Source: a virus
Lineage: Duplodnaviria; Caudoviricetes
Length of the DNA: 26,501 bases
Reading direction: 5' to 3' (one strand)
Virus record (IMG/VR): IMGVR_UViG_3300005404_000025
Span: 1-26,501 of that record
Shown: positions 1 to 8,001 of the stretch, piece by piece
Numbering within the stretch: position 1 is the first letter of the stretch
How the letters are laid out: each line of letters opens with the position of its first letter
The notes under the pieces: generated by a model
Databases searched by the model: none
Told to the model about the DNA's origin: nothing
What the model saw: only the letters and a program-made list of their open reading frames with translations
Translations under genes and position numbers: made by a program

Positions 1-2859
1 CCAGCAGACGGAACTTACTGGTTTGATACTGCTAATAGTGTATTCGGAATATTTGAGTGGAATAGTGCGGCGGCTTCGACTACTGGTGGTCAGAGTTTTA
101 CGAACAAGATTCCAACTGTAATTACAGACTCAAGCAAAGTAACAGGCGGAGCACCTAAAACTTCTGTTGGCGCAGTAGGTGACTATGCCATAGTTGCTAC
201 AACAACTTTAAATAAAGTATACTACAAAAACTCAGGAGGTGACTGGGTACAAGTAGGTTCAAGTACATGGATCCAATCATGGGCAACTGTAACAGGAACT
301 GAAAGTAATCCAACTGTTGGAGCGGCGAACTCAATGAGTATTAACGGTTCGGCTGTAACAGCAGGTGGTACAGGCTTATCAGATGTAGTAACAGCTATTG
401 CTGGTGCGGGTATTGCCGGTATTACTTCAGCAGTTGTTGATGGTAAATTAGAAATTTATTCAACAGGCGCAGATGTAGTGTTAGCACTTAACGGTTCTAC
501 ACTATTAACAGAAATAGGTTTAACAGCAGGTACTTACAAAGCACCAGCTTTAACTATTGCTCCACACACATCAGTTCCAGAATACAAGTCAACTGACACA
601 GCACCAAAACCAACTGGTTCACTTTGGGTTAAAACTACAACTCCAAACTTAGGTGCTAACTGGAAAGTTAAAAAGTGGAACGCAACTACTAAATTATGGG
701 AAACTGTAACAGCACCAATTTACGAAACTAACCAAGCGGCATTATACGGTCTAGATAAAACAGGCGGTGGTGCAAACTTGGCAGTAGGTGCATTATACAT
801 TAACTACAATAACGCAGAAGATACTATCGTAGGTGACTTTAAAATTCACAGACGTGTAGCAACAGGTAATACTTCAATTACTTCAAGCATTATTGCGGCA
901 CAATGTACAGCAGGAACTTATGCGTTTAATATGCAAGAAACTATTGTTAACTCAGCTACATTAAGCTCAGCAAAAACAATAAGTGTAACAACTACTGCGG
1001 CATCAAGTGATGCTGATGTAATTGCAGGTGCTATTAATAGTGCAGGCTTTACTAACATAGTTGCAGAAGTAGACGCAAGTAACAGAATAGTTATTTCACA
1101 CAATGACGGTGGTGACTTTAGAATTAAAGACACAGGTGGTATTTTAGGACTAGCTGGATACTCTGCATACGTAGATGCTAATTCAGGAACTCCAAACTTA
1201 TACACAGCACCAACAGGTGATAGTGCAATGGACTTTGTTGCAAGTAACTGGCAGGTATTAACTTATACTGCAAGTGCAACAGCAGTAACGGCTTTAACAA
1301 CTGACAAAACTTTATGGTACAGTTCAGTTGTAGATGAAGTTGATATGATGATACACAATGGAACTACTTGGGTTGGTTACCAAGACTCAACTGCTCCATA
1401 TTATCAAGCTTCTGCAAGTGATAAAACAGATCCAAAAGGACCAATTGTTTCAGCTACTGAACCTACTTTACAGTCAGACAGTACTGCACTTAAAAATGGT
1501 GACTTATGGATTTCAACAGCAGACTTAGAAAACTATCCTAAAGTATACAAGTACAACGGTTCAACGTTAACTTGGGTACTAGTTGATAATTCAGATCAAA
1601 CTACTGAAGATGGTATTTTATTTGCTGATGCAAGATACAATACAAACGGAGCCAATAGTGCAACAGCAGGAACTATTGAAGCACTATTAAGTAACAATTT
1701 CTTAGACCCAGATGCTCCAGATCCAGCACTATATCCAAAAGGTATGTTGCTTTGGAACTTAAGACGTTCTGGATTTAACGTTAAGAAATTTGTTAGAAAC
1801 TCTGTTGATACAGCAGGTAACAATGGAAGATTTAACAACAACGAATCAATGGCTTCATACTACGCACACAGATGGGTAACTGAATCAGCTAACCAGGCAA
1901 ACGGTGCAGGTTCATTTGGTAGAAAAGCTCAAAGAAAAGTTGTTGTACAAGCATTACAATCAATGGTTAACAGTAACCAAGATATTAGAGACGATCAATC
2001 AAGAATATTTAACTTGATGGCTTGTCCAGGTTACTCAGAGCTAATTGGCGAAATGGTTACACTAAACACAGACAGAGGCTTAACAGCATTTGTTGTTGGT
2101 GACTTACCATTTAGATTATCAAGTGATGCAACTACTATTAACAACTACGCAACAAACGTTAATTTAGCAGTTGAAGACAACGATGACGGACTTGTAACTA
2201 GTGATGAATACATGGGTACTTTTTATCCAAGTTTATTCACAAGTGATAATGCAGGAAAAAACATTGTTGTTCCAGCGTCACATGGTATACTAAGAACTAT
2301 TGCTTTAAGTGATAGTGTTTCGTTTCCATGGTTTGCTCCAGCAGGAACAAGACGTGGTGGAATTAGTAACGCCTCAAGTGCAGGATACATTGATGCAGAA
2401 GGTGAATTTAAAGCAGTAGCATTGAACACAGGTCAACGTGATACATTGTACAGCAATAAAATTAACCCAATTACATTCTTAACAGGTGCAGGACTTGTTA
2501 ACTACGGTCAAAAAACTAGAGCCAAAAATGCTAGTGCGTTAGACAGAATTAACGTTGCTAGACTAGTTGTTTACCTAAGAGGACAGTTAGACAAACTTGC
2601 TAAACCTTATATCTTTGAACCAAATGACAAAATAACAAGAGATGAAATCAAAGCTCAAGCAGATTCATTAATGTTAGAGTTAGTTGGACAAAGAGCATTA
2701 TATGACTTCTTAGTTGTTTGTGATGAAAGTAACAACACACCAACTAGAATTGATAGAAATGAGCTTTATTTAGATATAGCGATTGAACCGGTTAAAGCAG
2801 TTGAGTTTATTTACATACCGTTAAGACTTAAAAATACAGGTGAAATAGCGAAACTTTAA
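1..2859 (+). CDS. gp18: Contractile tail sheath protein (T4 gp18-like), 5'-truncated, with large inserted domains
   Basis: Frame is open from base 1 (PADGTYWFDT...), so the true start lies upstream and 334 is an internal Met. The C-terminus has sheath motifs PWFAPAGTRRG, RDTLYSNKINPI, SALDRINVARL, FEPND and VVCDESNNTPTRIDRNELYLDIAIEPVKAVEFIYI. Directly followed by the tube gene. Confidence 0.96.
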   Translation, partial: PADGTYWFDTANSVFGIFEWNSAAASTTGGQSFTNKIPTVITDSSKVTGGAPKTSVGAVGDYAIVATTTLNKVYYKNSGGDWVQVGSSTWIQSWATVTGTESNPTVGAANSMSINGSAVTAGGTGLSDVVTAIAGAGIAGITSAVVDGKLEIYSTGADVVLALNGSTLLTEIGLTAGTYKAPALTIAPHTSVPEYKSTDTAPKPTGSLWVKTTTPNLGANWKVKKWNATTKLWETVTAPIYETNQAALYGLDKTGGGANLAVGALYINYNNAEDTIVGDFKIHRRVATGNTSITSSIIAAQCTAGTYAFNMQETIVNSATLSSAKTISVTTTAASSDADVIAGAINSAGFTNIVAEVDASNRIVISHNDGGDFRIKDTGGILGLAGYSAYVDANSGTPNLYTAPTGDSAMDFVASNWQVLTYTASATAVTALTTDKTLWYSSVVDEVDMMIHNGTTWVGYQDSTAPYYQASASDKTDPKGPIVSATEPTLQSDSTALKNGDLWISTADLENYPKVYKYNGSTLTWVLVDNSDQTTEDGILFADARYNTNGANSATAGTIEALLSNNFLDPDAPDPALYPKGMLLWNLRRSGFNVKKFVRNSVDTAGNNGRFNNNESMASYYAHRWVTESANQANGAGSFGRKAQRKVVVQALQSMVNSNQDIRDDQSRIFNLMACPGYSELIGEMVTLNTDRGLTAFVVGDLPFRLSSDATTINNYATNVNLAVEDNDDGLVTSDEYMGTFYPSLFTSDNAGKNIVVPASHGILRTIALSDSVSFPWFAPAGTRRGGISNASSAGYIDAEGEFKAVALNTGQRDTLYSNKINPITFLTGAGLVNYGQKTRAKNASALDRINVARLVVYLRGQLDKLAKPYIFEPNDKITRDEIKAQADSLMLELVGQRALYDFLVVCDESNNTPTRIDRNELYLDIAIEPVKAVEFIYIPLRLKNTGEIAKL

Positions 2860-2863
2860 TAGA

Positions 2864-2871
2864 GATAAATA
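2864..2871 (+). promoter_or_regulatory. T4-late-like promoter box (GATAAATA) for the tail tube gene
   Basis: One mismatch to the T4 gp55 consensus TATAAATA. Intergenic, followed by SD GGAG (2881) and ATG at 2894. Confidence 0.65.
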
Positions 2872-2893
2872 TATTTAACAGGAGATATTAACA

Positions 2894-3523
2894 ATGGCAA
2901 TTTCAACACTATCAAAAATTACAGTCCCATTAGATTCTAGTTCGTCTAGTTCTAATCAGGGCTTGTTGATGCCGAAACTCCAGTATCGCTTTAGAGTGAG
3001 CTTGGAGAACTTCGGAGTATCAACACCGACAACAGAACTAACAAAACAGGTTGTAGACGTAACTAGACCTAACGTAAGTTTTGAAGACATCCAAGTTGAT
3101 GTATACAACTCACGTGTATTCCTAGCAGGAAAACATACTTGGGAACCAATTACATTAAACTTAAGAGAAGATGTATCAAACAACGTACAGAAACTAGTTG
3201 GTGAACAACTACAGAAACAATTTGATTTCTTTGAACAATCAAGTGCGGCTTCAGGTAGCGATTACAAATTCGTTACTAGAATTGAAGTACTTGACGGTGG
3301 TAACGGAATCAATACTGCAAACGTTTTAGAAACATTTGAGTTATATGGTTGTTACTTACAAAGTGCTAACTACAATACTTTAGCATACGCAACTAACGAT
3401 CCAGTAACAGTAGCTTTAGCTATTAGATACGACAACGCAATACAAACTCCACAAGGTACAGGAGTTGGTACAGCAGTTGGTAGAACTGTTAACACTTTAA
3501 TAACAGGTGGCGGATCTACATAA
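2894..3523 (+). CDS. gp19: Tail tube protein (T4 gp19-like)
   Basis: 209 aa directly after the sheath. Tube-like pattern PKLQYRFRV...VTRPNVSFE...LAGKHTWEPITLNLRED...FELYGCY...LAY...IRYD. SD AGGAG. Confidence 0.92.
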   Translation: MAISTLSKITVPLDSSSSSSNQGLLMPKLQYRFRVSLENFGVSTPTTELTKQVVDVTRPNVSFEDIQVDVYNSRVFLAGKHTWEPITLNLREDVSNNVQKLVGEQLQKQFDFFEQSSAASGSDYKFVTRIEVLDGGNGINTANVLETFELYGCYLQSANYNTLAYATNDPVTVALAIRYDNAIQTPQGTGVGTAVGRTVNTLITGGGST

Positions 3524-3554
3524 GATTAAAATACATAATATTTCCTGAAAAACT

Positions 3555-3585
3555 AAAAAGGGTGTCTTTATAGGCACCCTTTTTT
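3555..3585 (+). terminator. Intrinsic terminator after the tail tube gene (potentially bidirectional)
   Basis: AAAAA-GGGTGTCT-TTAT-AGGCACCC-TTTTTT: GC-rich stem with a downstream T-tract and an upstream A-tract. Confidence 0.9.
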
Positions 3586-3609
3586 ATTATGTGCGTACTT
3601 TATAATCTA

Positions 3610-3617
3610 GATAAATA
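3610..3617 (+). promoter_or_regulatory. T4-late-like promoter box (GATAAATA), 5 nt before the ATG
   Basis: GATAAATA-ttagt-ATG, just downstream of a terminator, no SD. Confidence 0.7.
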
Positions 3618-3622
3618 TTAGT

Positions 3623-4996
3623 ATGGCAAACAAACTAAACGGATTTTTGGATAATGTAGTTAGCGGTGCTTTAAGCCCAAAAGGTAACCTTGGTGATTGG
3701 TCACACGCGGCTAGACTCTATGTAGATGATGCACATAGGTTATCCCCTAAACATAAATTTTTATACCACGTAAGTTTTAACTTAAACCCAGAAGCGGTTG
3801 CAGTTATTCCTCAGATAAAAACTGAAGAAATTAATATGTTAGTTAAAAGTGTTGACTTACCTAAATATTCTATTAGTACAACACTAAAACATCAATACAA
3901 TAAAAAAGCAAACTTACAAACAAGATTAGATTACGATCCAATCAATATAGTATTCCATGATGACAACTACGGACAAACAACTGCATTATGGGAAGCCTAC
4001 TATCGTTATTATTATAAAGATGGTAACTATGCTTCGTTAAATGGAAGTTCAGATCCTAACGAAACTAATCCAGCTTACGCAAGACACAACACTTACTTAG
4101 GTGATGCTGTTAACAAATACAGATATGGTTTTGATAATGATAGTCATTCACACTTCTTTAGAAGTATACAAATTTATCAAATGTCTAGACATAGATATAC
4201 TTGTTTCACTTTAGTTAATCCTATCATTAGTGAATGGGGTCATGATACTTTAGAAAATAGTACAAGTGATGCTGTACAAAATACAATGCAAATTCAATAT
4301 GAAACTGTATGGTATTCAAGAGGCGGAATTACAGAAGGTGCTTCACCTAAAATGTTTGGTGCGGCAAGTGGACACTACGATAAAACACCTTCACCTAATT
4401 CATTAGCAGGTGGTGGTGCAACAAACTTATTTGGTCAAGGTGGTGTAGCGGCAGGAGCCGCCGATGTGTTTGGAGATATTACAAGTGGTCAAGCATTTAG
4501 TTCTCCAGCCAACTTTTTGGGAACAGTTTTAAAAACAACGAGTGTCCTGGGTAATGCAAAGTCATTATCTAAAGGTGGATTAAGACAAGAAGGTTTTGGC
4601 ATATTAAAAGATCAAATAGGAAAAGCGGCAGGGATTGATGTTAGTGGCGTAGCCAATACAGCATTTCCTAAAAGTTTAAATGCAAGTGGACTTAATAATA
4701 TTACAACTGCAATAGCAGGAGTGGCGGCAGGTTCGGCAGTAATAAAAGCAATTAGTGGAAACTCTGCATCGTCAGTAACTTCTTTCTTAGATAATAATCC
4801 AGGATCATTAGATCAATTAGCTAAAGCAACAACATTTAAGAAAAGTCATTTAGCTAACGGAGGTTCTGCAAACGTAGATTCTATTAATAGTGCATGGAAT
4901 AAAATGACTAGTGCGGCCAAAGATGCATTTAAATCTGATACAAAAGATAACGCCCAAACCCACGGTAATAGTGGTAACGTAACGATAAGTACTTAA
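3623..4996 (+). CDS. Tail-tube-fold baseplate/tube initiator protein (gp54/gp48-like) with a Gly/Ala/Ser-rich C-terminal extension
   Basis: The N-terminal ~230 aa parallel the gp19 fold: KFLYHVSF, LVKSVDLPKYSI, YDPINIVFHDD, FTLVNPIISEWGHDTL, MQIQYETVWY. Adjacent to the tube gene. Confidence 0.65.
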   Translation: MANKLNGFLDNVVSGALSPKGNLGDWSHAARLYVDDAHRLSPKHKFLYHVSFNLNPEAVAVIPQIKTEEINMLVKSVDLPKYSISTTLKHQYNKKANLQTRLDYDPINIVFHDDNYGQTTALWEAYYRYYYKDGNYASLNGSSDPNETNPAYARHNTYLGDAVNKYRYGFDNDSHSHFFRSIQIYQMSRHRYTCFTLVNPIISEWGHDTLENSTSDAVQNTMQIQYETVWYSRGGITEGASPKMFGAASGHYDKTPSPNSLAGGGATNLFGQGGVAAGAADVFGDITSGQAFSSPANFLGTVLKTTSVLGNAKSLSKGGLRQEGFGILKDQIGKAAGIDVSGVANTAFPKSLNASGLNNITTAIAGVAAGSAVIKAISGNSASSVTSFLDNNPGSLDQLAKATTFKKSHLANGGSANVDSINSAWNKMTSAAKDAFKSDTKDNAQTHGNSGNVTIST

Positions 4997-4997
4997 A

Positions 4998-5360
4998 ATG
5001 AGCAACTTACCTGTAACAACAAATAATACACAACAAAAAGTTAAAACTTTTTTCGATGAATATTATTCTGCACCTTTAGAGTTTCCTTCAAACGAAGTAG
5101 ACGCAGTATTAGGATACTTTGAAAAAAGAGGCTTTGATAAAACATCAGCTGGAACAGTTGCTGGTGTATTAATGAGACAGGCAAAGATTGATGAAGTAAA
5201 AGTATTTGAATTATTAGACACACTTAAAGGCTTTGATGAAGTTCAACTTTCTAATGTAGTAACAGAAGTTTTAAATTACAATAGACAAAAGATGAGTTCA
5301 TTAGGTTATAAAGTAGACCAATCATCTAGTAAATTAGAATCACGAAACATATTGGTGTAA
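4998..5360 (+). CDS. Hypothetical protein (virion module)
   Basis: 120 aa ORF starting 1 nt after the upstream stop. No recognised motif. Confidence 0.8.
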   Translation: MSNLPVTTNNTQQKVKTFFDEYYSAPLEFPSNEVDAVLGYFEKRGFDKTSAGTVAGVLMRQAKIDEVKVFELLDTLKGFDEVQLSNVVTEVLNYNRQKMSSLGYKVDQSSSKLESRNILV

Positions 5361-5364
5361 GCCT

Positions 5365-5808
5365 ATGCCAAAGTTTGCACAAGGCAGATTTGCATTAAAA
5401 AATCCCAGCAAGTACGCAGGACTTAAAGATCCCTTATATAGATCATCTTGGGAATTTGCATTTATGAAATTCTGTGATGAATCTCCTTCCGTAAGTAAGT
5501 GGGCAAGTGAGTCAGTTAAGATTCCATATAGAAATCCTTTAACAGGACAGATGACAATTTATGTTCCTGACTTTATGATACAATATACAGATGCTAAAGG
5601 AAAGCCACACGTAGAGTTAATAGAAGTTAAACCCGGTAACCAAGCCGACTTACAAGAAGTAAAGAAAAGTCGAGACAGAGGTAAACAAGCACAGTACGTA
5701 CAGAATATGGCAAAGTGGGAAGCCGCCAGACATTGGTGTAAACGTAAGAAAATATTTTTTAGAGTTATTACTGAAAAGGATATATTCCATCAAGGCAATA
5801 GAAAATGA
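5365..5808 (+). CDS. gp4: Head completion nuclease (T4 gp4-like, TnsA-like PD-(D/E)xK fold)
   Basis: KNPSKYAG, YRSSWEFAFMKFCD, WASESVKIPY, YVPDF, LIEVKP, NMAKWEAARHWC and FRVITEKDI are hallmark motifs of gp4 in T4-like phages. Confidence 0.9.
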   Translation: MPKFAQGRFALKNPSKYAGLKDPLYRSSWEFAFMKFCDESPSVSKWASESVKIPYRNPLTGQMTIYVPDFMIQYTDAKGKPHVELIEVKPGNQADLQEVKKSRDRGKQAQYVQNMAKWEAARHWCKRKKIFFRVITEKDIFHQGNRK

Positions 5809-5897
5809 GCGATATAGTTTATATTTTAATTGGTATATTCGTAACTGCTATTATCATTTCAATCTATCTGGGTATCAAATACGAAACACTCATATAA
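5805..5897 (+). CDS. Small single-pass membrane protein, 30 aa (not in the ORF track)
   Basis: ATGA overlap with the gp4 stop. Translates MSDIVYILIGIFVTAIIISIYLGIKYETLI* with a ~21-residue uncharged hydrophobic run, and fills the gap before the next promoter. Confidence 0.65.
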   Translation: MSDIVYILIGIFVTAIIISIYLGIKYETLI

Positions 5898-5900
5898 ATA
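5893..5900 (+). promoter_or_regulatory. T4 late promoter box TATAAATA for the small terminase gene
   Basis: Exact T4 late consensus, 25 nt before the ATG at 5926. Confidence 0.75.
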
Positions 5901-5925
5901 TAGTAGTATATAATGGACAGCAAAT

Positions 5926-6420
5926 ATGACCAAAAAATTAGAAGAATTACTTAATTTACCTGACTCACAAGAGATTATTGAGGCAGAAAAAGAAAAAGCT
6001 GAAACTAAAGAAAAAGCAGTAGTAACGCAAAAAGAAGACTTCCGCGATATAGCAGAATTGGATAAAATTACAGCGGCACTACCGCAAGTTAAAGGCTTGG
6101 GTGAGAAAGCAGATGCAGAGCTTGGCGAAGTAGCAGATAAGGCCATGCAGGCATATGAAGACTTAATGGATCTTGGTATGAATGTTGAATCACGTTATAG
6201 CGGTCGTGTTTTTGAAGTAGCAGGACAAATGCTTAAAACCAATTTAGATGCCAAAACAGCTAAACTACAGAACAAGTTAAAGATGGTTGAACTGCAATTA
6301 CGCAAAGAAAAGCAGGATAAAGACGGTGGAGATGGTGGATCTGACATAGTAAACGGCGAAGGATATGTAGTAACAGACCGTAACTCACTGCTTAATAAAT
6401 TGAAAAACATGGATAAATAA
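5926..6420 (+). CDS. Probable terminase small subunit (T4 gp16-like)
   Basis: 164 aa helical protein. AYEDLMDLGMNVESRYSGRVFEVAGQMLKT resembles the gp16 central helical hairpin, followed by a coiled coil and a VVTDRNSLL tail. Lies upstream of the large terminase. Confidence 0.7.
   Translation: MTKKLEELLNLPDSQEIIEAEKEKAETKEKAVVTQKEDFRDIAELDKITAALPQVKGLGEKADAELGEVADKAMQAYEDLMDLGMNVESRYSGRVFEVAGQMLKTNLDAKTAKLQNKLKMVELQLRKEKQDKDGGDGGSDIVNGEGYVVTDRNSLLNKLKNMDK
6412..6419 (+). promoter_or_regulatory. T4-late-like promoter box (GATAAATA)
   Basis: Overlaps the stop of the preceding gene. Followed by AAGGAAG SD and ATG at 6438. Confidence 0.6.
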
Positions 6421-6437
6421 ACATATAAGGAAGAACA

Positions 6438-7004
6438 ATGAAGACATTTGAACAGTATCTAACAGAAGCAAAAAAGACTTATAAGTTTAAGTTTGGTATT
6501 GCTGGTGAATTACCAGAAGGATTTACAGACAGTTGCGAAAGCTGTTTACAAAAGTTTGGATTAGTTAATTTAACTCCAGGCAAAAAAACGCCTATTCAAG
6601 AACGTCCATTAGACTTCCCTAAATTACAAAATATGGAAACTACATATTTCGAAGCAGAACTTTCATACCCTACTACTGCACAGGTATTAGGCGAGTACAT
6701 TTCACAAGTTAATGGAATTGATCCAGCTTATATTTGTCTTAGAGATGCAGAAGCACCTCAAGAAGAATATCAAGACAAAGAATACGTAAAAGTATATGAG
6801 CCTAAATTAGGCACAGAGATGGAATCAGCAGACCCGGATGCACAAAAGAAAGTTGGAGACAACCGTGTAATGGATTTACTTAAAGAGCTAGAAGGTGTTC
6901 GTAAGGAACGTGATAACGATCCTGGAGCAAGTTCAAAGCCAGACACAGAGCAAAAACATGACATGGGTGAAACAGGAAAAACTAGTCCAGTAGGGAGCAA
7001 ATAA
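6438..7004 (+). CDS. Hypothetical protein, probable internal head protein with a capsid-targeting-like N-terminus
   Basis: Begins MKTFEQYLTEA, resembling the T4 internal-protein targeting peptide MKTYQEFIAE. Has a late box and SD upstream. Confidence 0.6.
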   Translation: MKTFEQYLTEAKKTYKFKFGIAGELPEGFTDSCESCLQKFGLVNLTPGKKTPIQERPLDFPKLQNMETTYFEAELSYPTTAQVLGEYISQVNGIDPAYICLRDAEAPQEEYQDKEYVKVYEPKLGTEMESADPDAQKKVGDNRVMDLLKELEGVRKERDNDPGASSKPDTEQKHDMGETGKTSPVGSK

Positions 7005-7570
7005 TGAACTTAAAAGACATTTATAAAAAAATAGATACTTTAAATGAATCAGTTAATATGTCTATATCAATGTCAGGTGAAACTGCTGACGATGTAGCTA
7101 CATTAATGAAGATGGTTAAAGACGCAGGCGGTAAGCCAGAAGTTATAGAACCAATGCCTAAGTTATCTCCAAGAGATGACATAGAGAAATCAATAGCAAT
7201 TTTAGATAAGCCAGAAGGACCTAAAGAGCCAGACATGAAACTTCCACCAATGGCGATGGATGCTGATGCTGATAAAGACGGCAAAGATGAGCCTTGTGGA
7301 ATTTGTGGTAAGACACACGAAACAGAAATAACTAAATCACTTTGTGCGGCAGACAATAAAGACTCTGAAGCAACAGAAGGCGAGTGGGATAATTCACCAG
7401 ATGAAAAATATCAAGACACAGCTTATATGCAAAACGATTTAGCAGGTGGCTTAAACAGACAGAAAAAATCATATCCAAAAGTAGCAGGCGGAGATAATCC
7501 AATGGCACTTGAAGATGAAATTAAAAGTGAACTAGCGGCGAAGTTAGCAGAAAAGTTAAAAGGGGAATAA
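7004..7570 (+). CDS. Hypothetical acidic protein, possible prohead core/internal protein
   Basis: TAATG overlap with the previous gene. Acidic and Pro-rich, N-terminus MNLKDIYKKIDTLNES with an L-x-E site, contains CGICGKTH. Confidence 0.6.
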   Translation: MNLKDIYKKIDTLNESVNMSISMSGETADDVATLMKMVKDAGGKPEVIEPMPKLSPRDDIEKSIAILDKPEGPKEPDMKLPPMAMDADADKDGKDEPCGICGKTHETEITKSLCAADNKDSEATEGEWDNSPDEKYQDTAYMQNDLAGGLNRQKKSYPKVAGGDNPMALEDEIKSELAAKLAEKLKGE

Positions 7571-7571
7571 G

Positions 7572-7928
7572 ATGGCAGGATTTACAAGAGTAAATGGATT
7601 AAACGCAACAGCTGGAACGATACATTCAGAAAGCTGTAAGGCATTTCTAGTTACTATACAAAATGCATCTAATGCCAATATCGATCTTAGAGCAGAAGAT
7701 GATGCAGTTGACGAAGCTGTAGAGATGGTTTTAAAAGAAATTAATCCTTTAATGTTTTCTGTTACTGACTCAAACGCAGGTACAATTCATATTATTATGG
7801 ACATAAATTCATCAGCGGCAGACATCCAACAAAGAATCAGAAATTTAGGAACAGCAGTAGGACCTAACAACATTGATGTTACAGGTTCTGATTGTGCTGA
7901 AGCAACTGCAATAGCAATAACAGGATAA
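7572..7928 (+). CDS. Hypothetical protein, probably structural
   Basis: 118 aa, coupled to the upstream stop, last gene before a terminator. No recognised family. Confidence 0.7.
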   Translation: MAGFTRVNGLNATAGTIHSESCKAFLVTIQNASNANIDLRAEDDAVDEAVEMVLKEINPLMFSVTDSNAGTIHIIMDINSSAADIQQRIRNLGTAVGPNNIDVTGSDCAEATAIAITG

Positions 7929-7959
7929 TTTAACTAATTTCCTCCCAATTAGTAAAACC

Positions 7960-7984
7960 AAATAGGGCTTTCGGGCCCTATTTT
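7960..7984 (+). terminator. Intrinsic terminator with a UUCG loop
   Basis: AAATAGGGCT-TTCG-GGCCCTATTTT. UUCG-loop terminators are typical of T4-like phages. Confidence 0.85.
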
Positions 7985-7988
7985 CACC

Positions 7989-7996
7989 TATAAATA
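7989..7996 (+). promoter_or_regulatory. T4 late promoter box TATAAATA, 5 nt before the terminase ATG
   Basis: Exact consensus, TATAAATA-gtagt-ATG, immediately after the terminator, no SD. Confidence 0.8.
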
Positions 7997-8001
7997 GTAG
8001 T

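Noticed and set aside
334-336. ORF-track start of the sheath gene
   Set aside because: The frame is open from base 1 with sheath-like sequence, so the true start is outside the window.
5365-5808. TnsA-like nuclease as evidence of a Tn7-type transposon
   Set aside because: No TnsB, TnsC or terminal repeats. Motifs and context match the T4 gp4 head completion protein.
5913-5954. 13-codon ORF after the late box, overlapping the small terminase start
   Set aside because: Too short, no SD, and not at the 5-nt leaderless spacing. Likely chance.
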